From positions 1-64,000 of IMG/VR virus record IMGVR_UViG_3300031962_000001: 64,000 nt of DNA; one strand, given 5' to 3'. Source of the stretch: a virus. Shown here piece after piece: positions 1 to 9,455 of this stretch. Under the pieces are notes generated by a model, which was given only the letters and a program-made list of their open reading frames with translations, made no database searches and was not told where the DNA came from. The translations under genes were made by a program, and so were the position numbers. Position 1 is the first letter of the stretch. The number at the start of each line of letters is the position of its first letter.

Positions 1-9
1 TACGGATTC

Positions 10-1221
10 ATGTCCGTAGAGGAAGCGAAAGCTGCGGTCAGGCAGCTGGAGTATTTCTGCCAGCTACGCCCGACCGTGTCGAATCTCACGAAACTGTCAG
101 CGTGCTATTTCGTTCTCGGTGACCTTGAAGCCGCAATTCCCCTCGCAGAGCAAGCCTTCCAAAAAGATCCTCACAACGTCATAGTCGCAACCAATCTAGG
201 CTTGATATGGAAGGACTACGGGGATTACGAAGGCGCGTTGAAGGCTCTTGCGATGGCCTACGAAATGGACCCAGAAGAGCCATATGCTCGCCTTGCGTAC
301 GCGGAGTCCTTACTGAAGAAGGGAGACTGGCAGAGAGGCCTGCTTCTCTACAATACGTGTCGGCAATCTAAGGAAGAAGCGGCGCTGATGGCAGGCACTC
401 CTTTAGAAGTGAAGGAATGGGACGGCAAGAAAATTCCAAACAGGCTGGTCGTGCTCGACGAAGGCGGAGCTGGAGACAGCATTACGTTCTGCAGATATCT
501 GCCTCTCTTGACGGAGAGAAATATCAATTGGCTGTATTCACCAATCCAAGAGCTGCGTGGTTTCTACGAAAGAGCTTCTTGGTGCGGCCCAGAAAGACTG
601 GCTCAACCTAGAACTAGACTGGACGCTTCGCACTGGACTACCACTATGAATCTTCTAGGTCTATTAGGCAGCACTCCTTCTACGGTGCCAAAACTACCAG
701 CGTTCACACCTTCACCACAATCTATCAACAAGTATAGGATAGACAAAAGGAGCAAACCGGTCCTAGGTCTCTGTTGGCGTGGTGGAGAACTGCGCAACAT
801 CGGCAGGAAGATCCACTCTATGAATATGGGCCAAGCGATGCGTCTAGTGTGCAGGACAGACCATCTTGTAGACTGGGTCAATTTGCAGCACGATGTCCAA
901 CTGCCTGAACCAGTGGAAAATGTAAGGATATCTACATGGGAAGATCTGGCTGGCCTTATGGTGAACTTGGATGCTGTCGTGTCTGTGGAAACTGGCCCGA
1001 TGTGCCTAGCCAGCGCTCTTGGCAGGAATCTACTGATAGTTCTGGCTACGAACTCTGACTGGCGATTCCTAGATCATGGCGGCTCGCCGTTCTATCCTGG
1101 CGCTACGATATTCAGAAACCAAGGCACTGGTGGCGGAATAGAAAACTCCATAACGCAAACGGTAGAGTACGTCTGCAAGAACTGGGAAGAGAAGAAAAGC
1201 AAGCTGATACTGGTGAGCTGA
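10..1221 (+). CDS. TPR-repeat + glycosyltransferase family 9-like protein
   Basis: N-terminal TPR helices (AIPLAEQAFQKDPHN, ALKALAMAYEMDPEE). C-terminal GT9-like motifs EGGAGDSITFCRY, GLCWRG, LDAVVSVETGPMCLASALG, DWRF...SPFYP. Confidence 0.8.
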   Translation: MSVEEAKAAVRQLEYFCQLRPTVSNLTKLSACYFVLGDLEAAIPLAEQAFQKDPHNVIVATNLGLIWKDYGDYEGALKALAMAYEMDPEEPYARLAYAESLLKKGDWQRGLLLYNTCRQSKEEAALMAGTPLEVKEWDGKKIPNRLVVLDEGGAGDSITFCRYLPLLTERNINWLYSPIQELRGFYERASWCGPERLAQPRTRLDASHWTTTMNLLGLLGSTPSTVPKLPAFTPSPQSINKYRIDKRSKPVLGLCWRGGELRNIGRKIHSMNMGQAMRLVCRTDHLVDWVNLQHDVQLPEPVENVRISTWEDLAGLMVNLDAVVSVETGPMCLASALGRNLLIVLATNSDWRFLDHGGSPFYPGATIFRNQGTGGGIENSITQTVEYVCKNWEEKKSKLILVS

Positions 1222-1547
1222 TGAGATCCACAATCCAATTCCATCCATTGCCAGCACCGAGCATGCCTCCAGTATCTACGACTTCTACCTATGCCCTGAT
1301 CGTTACGACTTCTAGTATGCCTGCCGCGACTGTAGGAGTTCCGTATAGCGTGACTCTCACGGCCAGTGGAGGAGTTCCGCCATACTACTGGTCTCTGATA
1401 TCCGGCGCTCTCCCAGACGGTCTTACTATGGATCAATTTGGAAATATCACGGGAACGCCGACAACTCAAGGCGTATTCAATTTTTCAGTGATGGCTACAG
1501 ATCCGATTGGAAATATGGCTGTACTAAACGTGGGGGTAGCGATATGA
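1221..1547 (+). CDS. putative Ig (He_PIG-like) domain protein
   Basis: TVGVPYSVTLTASGGVPPYYWSLISGALPDGLT...ITGTPT..G.FNFSV.ATD matches the putative-Ig consensus. Confidence 0.8.
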   Translation: MRSTIQFHPLPAPSMPPVSTTSTYALIVTTSSMPAATVGVPYSVTLTASGGVPPYYWSLISGALPDGLTMDQFGNITGTPTTQGVFNFSVMATDPIGNMAVLNVGVAI

Positions 1548-3526
1548 AAAAGTTTTTTGCTAGATTCCTAGTGTTCTTTCTGTGGGCATTCGTAGTCTAT
1601 GGACAGGGGCAGAGCGCGCCGACAAATTTGACTATCACCGTCAATCCCGCATTTCCTTGGTCCGGCATCCTTTCTGTAGCGCATGGAATGGACTGGAAGC
1701 GTGCCGGAGCCCAGAACAGTCATTCTTCTGGCTGGACTCAATGCGGATCTACTGTTCCAGCTGGCTCTAGCGCGGCTACGATAAACACGGCTATAACGAA
1801 TTGTGGAACGAATCAGTATGTCCTGCTGGCCGCTGGTTCATATTCTCTTAGCAGTGGAATCAACATCACAAAAAGCAACGTGGCTCTTCGTGGCAGTGGA
1901 GCAGATCAGACCATTATAACTTTCACGGCGGCAGGGAGCTGCAATGGATTAGGCTCATTGCTTTGTGTGCAGGGGCCAAATCAAGCTGCTAGCGGGAATC
2001 CATCTGGTACTAATTGGACCTCTGGGTACGCGCAAGGCACTAGCTTCTTGACGCTTGCATCAGTGGCTGGAATAACATTGAACCAGACCATGCTAGTGAT
2101 GGATCAGTGTGACACAGGAACTACTGGAGTTCCGTGCTCTGGCACTGAAACAGACAACGGAAATTTCTATGTGTGCTCGCAAGTGTACTCTTCAACTGGT
2201 CCTACAGGTTGCATCGGTGAATCACCATCGAACGCCTATCGTACTCTTCGCAGTCAGATCCAAATCACTTACGCAACGGCAATCAATGGAAATATCGTTA
2301 CGATTGCTGATCCCATAGTCTCTCCGAATTGGGCAAGCGGACAATCTCCGCAAGTGTGGCTCTACAACGCGGTGAATAATGTTGGATTCGAGAACATGTC
2401 TATAGACTCTAGCGGCATAAATTCAGGAGGAGGCACGCTCGTCTTATACGGATGCCAGAACTGCTGGGTGACTGGAAACCGTTTTATAAATCCCGGAAAA
2501 TACTCTGTTAGAATGTTCGAATCCGACCACGTAGACGTGCAGCGCAATTATTCCTATGGCGCTCAGAACAGTGATCCATATTGTATCTCGCCCGATTACA
2601 GTTCTTATCTGAAGATAGAGACGAACATCATCCAGAAGTGCCGCTCGACAATAGTCTACGAAGGCCCAGATGTTGGGACAGTCGTAGCCTACAACTATTC
2701 TATCTACGATACTGACGTCTCGGATGATAGCTTCATGTGGTTCTCGCTCTGGACCCACTCGGCTACATCCATGTATAATCTCTACGAAGGGAACGTCGGC
2801 AACGGTCTCGTCTTCGACAACATCCATGGTGGGCACCTGATGAACACGCTGTTTCGCAACTACTACATTGGGTGGGAACCAGGAAAGAGCACGCAGACAG
2901 ACGCAGCATATTCGGCTGCCTACTCTAGATATTCGCACTACGTAGGAAACGTGATGGGAAGAAGCGGAGTCGCGACAACGTATCAGAGTGCTGGAGCCGC
3001 GAACAATGCAATCTTCATCCTAGGAGCCGGTGGCGACACGAACGCGGTCCCGACGGATGCTTTCGTTCTTACGAGTTCTATGCGCTGGGGGAACTACGAT
3101 ACGAAGACCGCCGCTGTCCGTTGGTGCGGAAGCTTGAGCGATACTGGTTGGTCTACCACTTGCGCTAGCACATCTGAGATTCCTTCTGGCCTTAGCGTCT
3201 ATCCTAATATCGTACCGACCGTTGGAGACACTGGAATAGGCCAGTCAGCGATGCCAGCTTCTTTCTATCTGACGTCCAAGCCAGCTTGGTGGAACACTGA
3301 GCCATATCCTCCTATCGGTCCAGAAGTATCTGGAGGAACAATCTATGGAACGGATGGTCCTACCTATGGTGCGGCAGGCTCACAGACTTGGAACGCTCAG
3401 TCAGTTGGTGGTCATGCGAACAATACTCCAGCGATGGACTGTTTCAAAAACACTATGAGTGGATTTGCAGATGGCACGAATACTAGCGCTCTAACGTTCA
3501 ATTCTGTTTCTTGTTACGGAATGTAG
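1544..3526 (+). CDS. signal-peptide-bearing right-handed beta-helix (pectin-lyase-like) protein
   Basis: Signal peptide MKKFFARFLVFFLWAFVVYG; INTAITNC...VLLAAGSY...VALRGSG entry motif; Asn-ladder repeats (VGFENMSID, NCWVTGNRF, NLYEGN). Confidence 0.7.
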   Translation: MKKFFARFLVFFLWAFVVYGQGQSAPTNLTITVNPAFPWSGILSVAHGMDWKRAGAQNSHSSGWTQCGSTVPAGSSAATINTAITNCGTNQYVLLAAGSYSLSSGINITKSNVALRGSGADQTIITFTAAGSCNGLGSLLCVQGPNQAASGNPSGTNWTSGYAQGTSFLTLASVAGITLNQTMLVMDQCDTGTTGVPCSGTETDNGNFYVCSQVYSSTGPTGCIGESPSNAYRTLRSQIQITYATAINGNIVTIADPIVSPNWASGQSPQVWLYNAVNNVGFENMSIDSSGINSGGGTLVLYGCQNCWVTGNRFINPGKYSVRMFESDHVDVQRNYSYGAQNSDPYCISPDYSSYLKIETNIIQKCRSTIVYEGPDVGTVVAYNYSIYDTDVSDDSFMWFSLWTHSATSMYNLYEGNVGNGLVFDNIHGGHLMNTLFRNYYIGWEPGKSTQTDAAYSAAYSRYSHYVGNVMGRSGVATTYQSAGAANNAIFILGAGGDTNAVPTDAFVLTSSMRWGNYDTKTAAVRWCGSLSDTGWSTTCASTSEIPSGLSVYPNIVPTVGDTGIGQSAMPASFYLTSKPAWWNTEPYPPIGPEVSGGTIYGTDGPTYGAAGSQTWNAQSVGGHANNTPAMDCFKNTMSGFADGTNTSALTFNSVSCYGM

Positions 3527-4234
3527 ATGCCTGGACAATACATAAGAGGCGTGACGACAGCTAGCGGAACTGCTGGTGTAGCGACAGGAACGTTCTCTCC
3601 AGTACCGACTGCCGGAGATTTTATCATTGGCATCGTTTGGATAGGAAGTTCTACTGGTGCCATTTCTACCATAAGCGATGGTGGAAGCTCTTGGTTTTCG
3701 CTACCAGTTTTACACAACGCAGCTTTTTCAACACAGGTTTTCTACACTCCGTCATTTGCGGGTTCTTCTGGTCTGGTCACTGTCAATCTAACTACTTCTA
3801 GTGGCTGGTATCTTGGCATGGCCGAATATTCTGGCAATGATAAGATAACAGCTATAGACGTTTCTACAGACACTGGAAAATCTATAGGAGGGAGCACTGC
3901 TCTCTTGAGCACGAGCATATTGACACTGAATCCTACGGATACACTGATAGGACTCGGTAGTACGAACAGTGGTGGTGCTCTGTCTGCTGGAAATGACGGG
4001 CAAGGAGATACGTATACTCTGAGATTCTCCAACGTCATAGCCGTAGAGGATGTCAATGTTACCACGACTAAAGTTTACAGCGCCTCTATGACTGTAGGAG
4101 CTTCTACGCCATGGAACATGCACTTCTTCGCTTTGAAGGCCCCGGCGTCTGCAGTTCAAGCTCCATCTAAATTCTCTCATGTTTCTAGCTATGGGTCTAA
4201 GGGAGTCAAAGCGTTCGGGAATATAGTGAACTGA
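3527..4234 (+). CDS. putative virion-surface beta-sandwich protein
   Basis: S/T/G-rich beta-strand pattern; paralogous to 4236-4964 and to the N-termini of 4965 and 36443. Confidence 0.55.
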   Translation: MPGQYIRGVTTASGTAGVATGTFSPVPTAGDFIIGIVWIGSSTGAISTISDGGSSWFSLPVLHNAAFSTQVFYTPSFAGSSGLVTVNLTTSSGWYLGMAEYSGNDKITAIDVSTDTGKSIGGSTALLSTSILTLNPTDTLIGLGSTNSGGALSAGNDGQGDTYTLRFSNVIAVEDVNVTTTKVYSASMTVGASTPWNMHFFALKAPASAVQAPSKFSHVSSYGSKGVKAFGNIVN

Positions 4235-4235
4235 T

Positions 4236-4964
4236 ATGATTGCTTTTGTCAATCAAGCCGCTGGTGGTTCTGGTGGAACTTCCGTCAACCAGAACCTCGC
4301 GGTCACTGCTGGAAATCTAGTGGTAGCCGTAGGAAGTGCGAATTCTCCTGGAAGAACTCTTTCCATAACAGATGCGAATATAAACTGGACTCAACTGTCA
4401 GGAAGTCCCTGGACGGATTCTGCAAATTCTTGTACCACTGCTATATGGATCGGAACTGTAATCAACAGCGGGACGGATAACATAGCGATCTCTTCCAATG
4501 GAAGCCCAACCCTCACTGCGATGTCGGTAGCGCAGTATTCTGGGACTGCTAATTACCTGTCTGCACTTGACAAGATGGCCAAGGGAGATTTGGGGGCTAT
4601 CACTTCCGGAAATCCCTTGCTGACTGGAACTACTACTACGACTTCACAACCGAACGAAATGCTGGTGGCCTGCTATGGTTTACTAACCGCTGGTAATACT
4701 TTCACGCAAGGAGCTGGATACAGTCTGAGAGGGAATACGATTGGTGGAGGTCCACCTGCTATAGGAGCTGGTATAGAAGATAGGTCTGTGTCTGTCACTG
4801 GAGCCTACCAAGCTACCATCACAATAAACGGGAATACGACTGGAGGAACAGGGGTCATTCTAGCTTTGCAACCTCCTCCTGAAATCTTTTCTGCGCAAGA
4901 GTCTGTTTCACACTACGGCTCCGAAGGAGCCACATCGTTTGGAAATGTGATAGGTGGAGGCTAG
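4236..4964 (+). CDS. putative virion-surface beta-sandwich protein (paralog of upstream gene)
   Basis: AGNLVVAV, ITD...WT and AQYSG motifs; C-terminal VSxYGSxGxxxFGN shared with 3527-4234. Confidence 0.55.
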   Translation: MIAFVNQAAGGSGGTSVNQNLAVTAGNLVVAVGSANSPGRTLSITDANINWTQLSGSPWTDSANSCTTAIWIGTVINSGTDNIAISSNGSPTLTAMSVAQYSGTANYLSALDKMAKGDLGAITSGNPLLTGTTTTTSQPNEMLVACYGLLTAGNTFTQGAGYSLRGNTIGGGPPAIGAGIEDRSVSVTGAYQATITINGNTTGGTGVILALQPPPEIFSAQESVSHYGSEGATSFGNVIGGG

Positions 4965-7900
4965 ATGGCGATAGGATTTGGAACCTCGGCAGTAGGAGCA
5001 AAGTCTCTTACTTCGGGCACATCATTCACTATCGCTTTGTCTTCTTCATCTAATGCTCAGATCGTAGTTGTAGTTATCTCCACCAACAATGGAAATCTCG
5101 TAACGAGCATTACAGATGGAGGTGGAAACACCTATTTTCGGAATAACTCTATAGCACAATCTGGTCTTACTGTAGAAGTCTGGTCTTCTAATACCCCACA
5201 TGCGGCAGCGTCTGGAACTATAACTGTCAATGTCACTACTGGATTCCGTTGCGCAGGAGTAGCAGCATCCTACACTGGCGTGGATTTGGTAGATGTCACG
5301 ACCGCTGCTACCACTGGGTCAACTTCTCCTATCACCACTGGCTCTACAGTTCTTAGAGACGCTTCTGATTGGTTGCTAATGGGAGGTGGATTGGCGGCAG
5401 CCAATACTTTCACTGCTCAGAACGGACAGCTAAGGAATCAAAATACTACGACTGGGCTGTCTGTCTGTTTGATAGATAGCAATGGAGCTTCCAGTCCTGT
5501 TACGGATTCTGCGACAATGACAGCGGCTAACTGGGGTCAGGTAGGAGTATTTCTCAGGACTGGAACTGGAGCGCCTTACATAGGAGATTCACAGCTTCCC
5601 ATGCAATACGGAGGGATAAAAGCCTCTGATCGAAGCTATTCTCGCCCGGATCAATTCGTAGCACCTCCGAAATTCGGATTGATAGTCGCCATAGACTCGA
5701 AAACAGTCGGATCGTGGAGACCTCTTCCCAGCATAGTATTTGGGAAGAGGATCTACTCCAGAGCCGTGCCTCTTGTGAATCCAGTTCAACCTCCAGCTAT
5801 AATCACATTGGATAGTTGGACTAGCACGCTAGGACGGAACTCTCTGCCTAACGAATTTGCGCTTCCTGACTTTGTACATCCAGAAACTGTAGTTCTTGCT
5901 ATCGCTATTCCTTCATTAGCGGCTTGGTTTAGAGTAGACGGAGTCAAAGCTCAGCCGCTAGATTACGCTTTTACAGATTTCATACACCCAGAAACTGTCA
6001 GAGCTCCTGTACTGCCATCTTGGTTTGGAACAGACGGAGTCAAGTCTCAACCACTAGATTATGCTTTTACTGACTTCATACATCCAGAAACTGTAGGAGC
6101 TCCTCAGGTTCAAATTCAAATATCTTGGCTGGGTGATAGACCGTATAGCACGTTCGCTAAATACCAACAGATAGAAACAGTCAGATCGCCTTTGCTCCCT
6201 ACTCTGCCACTTCTATCTTGGTACGACGACAAGCCTTGGTCTACATTTTCCTCGTTATTCAAGTGGATAGAAACGGTTGGCCAGATATATCCTACTCTAG
6301 TCTTACAATCTCTTGGATGGACTCCACCCATAAGTTCGTACAATTCTCCAAGAGGATTTTCAGGCTCTGAAGAAGATGTTAATCCTGGACCATTTTTAGC
6401 ATTCTTGTCTATATCTGGTTGGACTAGTACGATAGGGCAGAATTCTTTGCCCAACGTATTTGCGGAACCAGATTGGGTATCGTCTACTCTTCCTCAACCA
6501 ACGATTGTGACTTCTATATTAGAAGGGTGGACACCAACGACCGGGCAACAGGCGATTCCTCAAAGGTATCAGCAGATAGAAATTGCTAGACAGACTGCTC
6601 CAACTCTAGCGACTCTTCCTCTTCTATCTTGGTACGATGACAAACCATATAGCGCATTTGCGAAATACCAGCAGATAGAAACTGCAAGACCTGTGCTTTT
6701 GCCAAATCTGCCATTCATATCTTGGCTAGACGATAGACCGTGGTCAACATTGGGAAAGTTCCAGCAAATTGAGGCAGCAAGACCAATTTCTGCGGTCGTA
6801 GCAGCATTGCCTTTTATATCCTGGCTAGATGATAGACCTTGGATGGCATTTGGCAAATTCCAACAGATAGAAACAGCGCGGCAAGTCTATCCAACTCTCG
6901 CAACGCTTCCTTTATTTCCGGCAAGCTACACCAATATCGCTTCAAACGCTGTCTTGTTAAACTACGCTCTTACAGATCTAGTAAGACCCACATTCCCTCA
7001 AGTCATAGCGGCAGCGATTACCGTAGCTGGCTGGTCATCGACGACTGGGCAGAATGCTGTCTTATTGAAATATGCTCAGCCAGATGTCGTGGCTCAAGTA
7101 CGTCCGACGTTGGCTACGCTTCCGCTCATATCCTGGTACGATGATAGACCATTCAGCACGTTCGCCAAATTCCAGCAAATAGAGACTGTCAGACCGATTC
7201 TGATTTCTGCTTTGCCTTTCGTGTCTTGGCAGATTGTAGAAAGGAACTTGCTGACCCTTTCTCCAGACTACGCTCCTTCCGACTACGTGTCTGGTGCCGT
7301 CGTAAGATTGCCATTGCTGTCTTGGCTAGACGATAGACCATGGAGTTCTTTTGCAAAATACCAGCAAGTAGAAATCGCTAGACAAGTTCAGCCTACGTTG
7401 GCTACTCTGTCAATACTGCTATCTGGTCTAGCTGAAATCCCACCGAATGCTCAGCCTCAGAAATTTGCGTTGAGCGATTATTTCGCTCCGCCGAAGTATG
7501 GTCTGACGATAGCGGCAGCAATCACTGTCGCTGGATGGTCACCTACGATAGGACAGCAATCCGTCGTGCTGAAATACGCTCCTACGGATTTCGTAAACCA
7601 AATTAGACCAACGTTGGCTACTCTGCCATTCATTGCTTGGCAGCAAGTGGTTGAGAGAAATCTTCCAACCTTGTCTCCAGACTACGCTTCCACAGACTAT
7701 GTATCTGGCGTCGCGCCAAAGATTGCACTCCCTCTGATAAGCTGGCAGAAGGACGATACTGAATGGGTCAAGCTCGAATGGTATATGATGGCCGATACCT
7801 CAACCGGGCCGAGTACGACTGCGGCTGCGCTGGAAGCGTTCGTGTCGGCTCCTACTGGACCTCAAGCTGTGATTCTGCAATACGCTTCTACAGCTTGGGA

Positions 7901-9074
7901 CGCTCCTGCGAAATTCGGATTGGTTGTGGTATCACCGATCACAGTAGCAGGTTGGAGCGCCACGATAGGGCAGAATGTTGTTCAATTGAAATACGCTCTA
8001 CCTGATTTTATAGCTCAGGTCCGCCCAACTCTAGCAACGCTTCCGCTTCTATCTGTAGAACTTACTAAACCTGCTCAGAATGCCGTCGTACTCAAATACG
8101 CTCTGTCGGCTTACGATGCTCCGGCAAAATTTGGGTTAGTGTTCGTAGTTCCACCGACTCTATCGGCGTGGACTCCTACGATTGGGCAGAATGCTGTCGT
8201 GCTAAAATATGCGCTATCTGATTTCGTAAATCAGGTGCGACCCACACTTGCAACGTTGCCACTGTTATCTGTAGAGCTGACGAAACCTGGACAGCAAGCT
8301 GTCGTGCTTAGATACGCGCCTAGCAGCGACTTCGTAAAGCCGACAGCTCCTTTCGTTCTGCCATTCTTGTCGTGGCTAGATGATAAACCTTATAGCGCAT
8401 TTGGAAAATTCACACAGATAGAGATAGCGACGCAGATCAGACCTACTCTGGCAACTCTGCCTCTACTGTCTGTAGAACTGACCAAGCCTGCCCCAAATGC
8501 TGTCGTGCTGAATTACGCTCCGGTCGCCTACGATTCTCCATCTAAGTTCGCTCTAGTGGCTCCACCTCTCATGACTGGCTGGACACCGACTACAGGCCAG
8601 CAGGCAGTCACTTTGAAATATGCACCCTCGGACTTCGTAGCTCAGGTTCGCCCAACGCTTGCTACGCTTCCACTGCTCAGCGTAGAACTGACTAAGCCTG
8701 CGCCGAACGCTGTAGTCTTGCGCTATGCTCTGAGTGATTACTTCGCGCCGCCGAAGTATGGATTGATATTTGTAGCGCCACCGAATATCGCTGGCTGGAG
8801 CCCCACGCTGGGCATCAAGGCTCAACCGCAGAAGTTCACAGAACCGACTTGGTTTGCACCGCCGAAATTCGGTCTTGTCCTGGTCCCACACACGGTAATT
8901 ACAAGGGGAATGATATTCTACAAGCTGGTGGCAGTCCCAGTGGATTTCTACCGAGAAGTGGTCAGAACCGCCGCCGTGAACAAGAGCTGCTTTGTGACGA
9001 TGATGTTCAATGGCAAACTGACGCGGTTCACGGTCGTAGGCGGAAAGATTTTGCAGATGTCTATCTTCGAATGA
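4965..9074 (+). CDS. large repeat-rich putative fibre/surface protein (1369 aa)
   Basis: ~200-aa N-terminal beta-sandwich (ITDGGGNTY) followed by ~1100 aa of shuffled ~30-aa Pro/hydrophobic repeats. Confidence 0.6.
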   Translation: MAIGFGTSAVGAKSLTSGTSFTIALSSSSNAQIVVVVISTNNGNLVTSITDGGGNTYFRNNSIAQSGLTVEVWSSNTPHAAASGTITVNVTTGFRCAGVAASYTGVDLVDVTTAATTGSTSPITTGSTVLRDASDWLLMGGGLAAANTFTAQNGQLRNQNTTTGLSVCLIDSNGASSPVTDSATMTAANWGQVGVFLRTGTGAPYIGDSQLPMQYGGIKASDRSYSRPDQFVAPPKFGLIVAIDSKTVGSWRPLPSIVFGKRIYSRAVPLVNPVQPPAIITLDSWTSTLGRNSLPNEFALPDFVHPETVVLAIAIPSLAAWFRVDGVKAQPLDYAFTDFIHPETVRAPVLPSWFGTDGVKSQPLDYAFTDFIHPETVGAPQVQIQISWLGDRPYSTFAKYQQIETVRSPLLPTLPLLSWYDDKPWSTFSSLFKWIETVGQIYPTLVLQSLGWTPPISSYNSPRGFSGSEEDVNPGPFLAFLSISGWTSTIGQNSLPNVFAEPDWVSSTLPQPTIVTSILEGWTPTTGQQAIPQRYQQIEIARQTAPTLATLPLLSWYDDKPYSAFAKYQQIETARPVLLPNLPFISWLDDRPWSTLGKFQQIEAARPISAVVAALPFISWLDDRPWMAFGKFQQIETARQVYPTLATLPLFPASYTNIASNAVLLNYALTDLVRPTFPQVIAAAITVAGWSSTTGQNAVLLKYAQPDVVAQVRPTLATLPLISWYDDRPFSTFAKFQQIETVRPILISALPFVSWQIVERNLLTLSPDYAPSDYVSGAVVRLPLLSWLDDRPWSSFAKYQQVEIARQVQPTLATLSILLSGLAEIPPNAQPQKFALSDYFAPPKYGLTIAAAITVAGWSPTIGQQSVVLKYAPTDFVNQIRPTLATLPFIAWQQVVERNLPTLSPDYASTDYVSGVAPKIALPLISWQKDDTEWVKLEWYMMADTSTGPSTTAAALEAFVSAPTGPQAVILQYASTAWDAPAKFGLVVVSPITVAGWSATIGQNVVQLKYALPDFIAQVRPTLATLPLLSVELTKPAQNAVVLKYALSAYDAPAKFGLVFVVPPTLSAWTPTIGQNAVVLKYALSDFVNQVRPTLATLPLLSVELTKPGQQAVVLRYAPSSDFVKPTAPFVLPFLSWLDDKPYSAFGKFTQIEIATQIRPTLATLPLLSVELTKPAPNAVVLNYAPVAYDSPSKFALVAPPLMTGWTPTTGQQAVTLKYAPSDFVAQVRPTLATLPLLSVELTKPAPNAVVLRYALSDYFAPPKYGLIFVAPPNIAGWSPTLGIKAQPQKFTEPTWFAPPKFGLVLVPHTVITRGMIFYKLVAVPVDFYREVVRTAAVNKSCFVTMMFNGKLTRFTVVGGKILQMSIFE
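5780..8880 (+). repeat. intragenic degenerate tandem protein repeats
   Basis: Recurring blocks PTLATLPLLS, SW(Y/L)DD(K/R)P(W/Y)SxFxK(Y/F)QQIE, GWxPTIGQNAVVLKYA, APPK(F/Y)GL, DF(I/V)HPETV. Confidence 0.85.
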
Positions 9075-9080
9075 GGAAAT

Positions 9081-9455
9081 ATGGCAGACCTAACGACAGG
9101 CGAAGTGGGAAAGATTCTCCAGCTCAACCTTGTGAACGTGGACCAAACGCAGAACCCGCCAGTGCAGAGTGCTCTTGATCTTACGAACGCTTCGATAGTC
9201 AACCTTCTGTACGTAATCACAGACAGTCAAGGCAAGCCGAAATCCCCGGTCATCACAAAGCAGATGTCTGTCATTGGCGCTCCTACTCTGGGTGTAGTGC
9301 AATACGTCTTTCAAACTAACGATCTATCTGCTCCTCCCGAAATGGGCAAGCAGGGAGTGTTCAGATATTCTGTGCAGGTCCAGTTCTCAGGCGGAGCGAT
9401 TCTGTACGCCGTGATAGATGGGCAGTTGACAATCAAAAACGACGGTGTCCTGTGA
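9081..9455 (+). CDS. BppU N-terminal-like adaptor protein
   Basis: GEVGKILQLNL...LDLTNASIV...GVVQYVFQTNDL...G.FRYSVQVQFSGG pattern is typical of BppU-like domains. Confidence 0.55.
   Translation: MADLTTGEVGKILQLNLVNVDQTQNPPVQSALDLTNASIVNLLYVITDSQGKPKSPVITKQMSVIGAPTLGVVQYVFQTNDLSAPPEMGKQGVFRYSVQVQFSGGAILYAVIDGQLTIKNDGVL

Noticed and set aside
5780-8880. CRISPR array or DGR template/variable repeat
   Set aside because: The repeats are in-frame, conserved at protein level with synonymous variation, have no unique spacers or A-specific mismatches, and no reverse transcriptase or cas gene is in the window.
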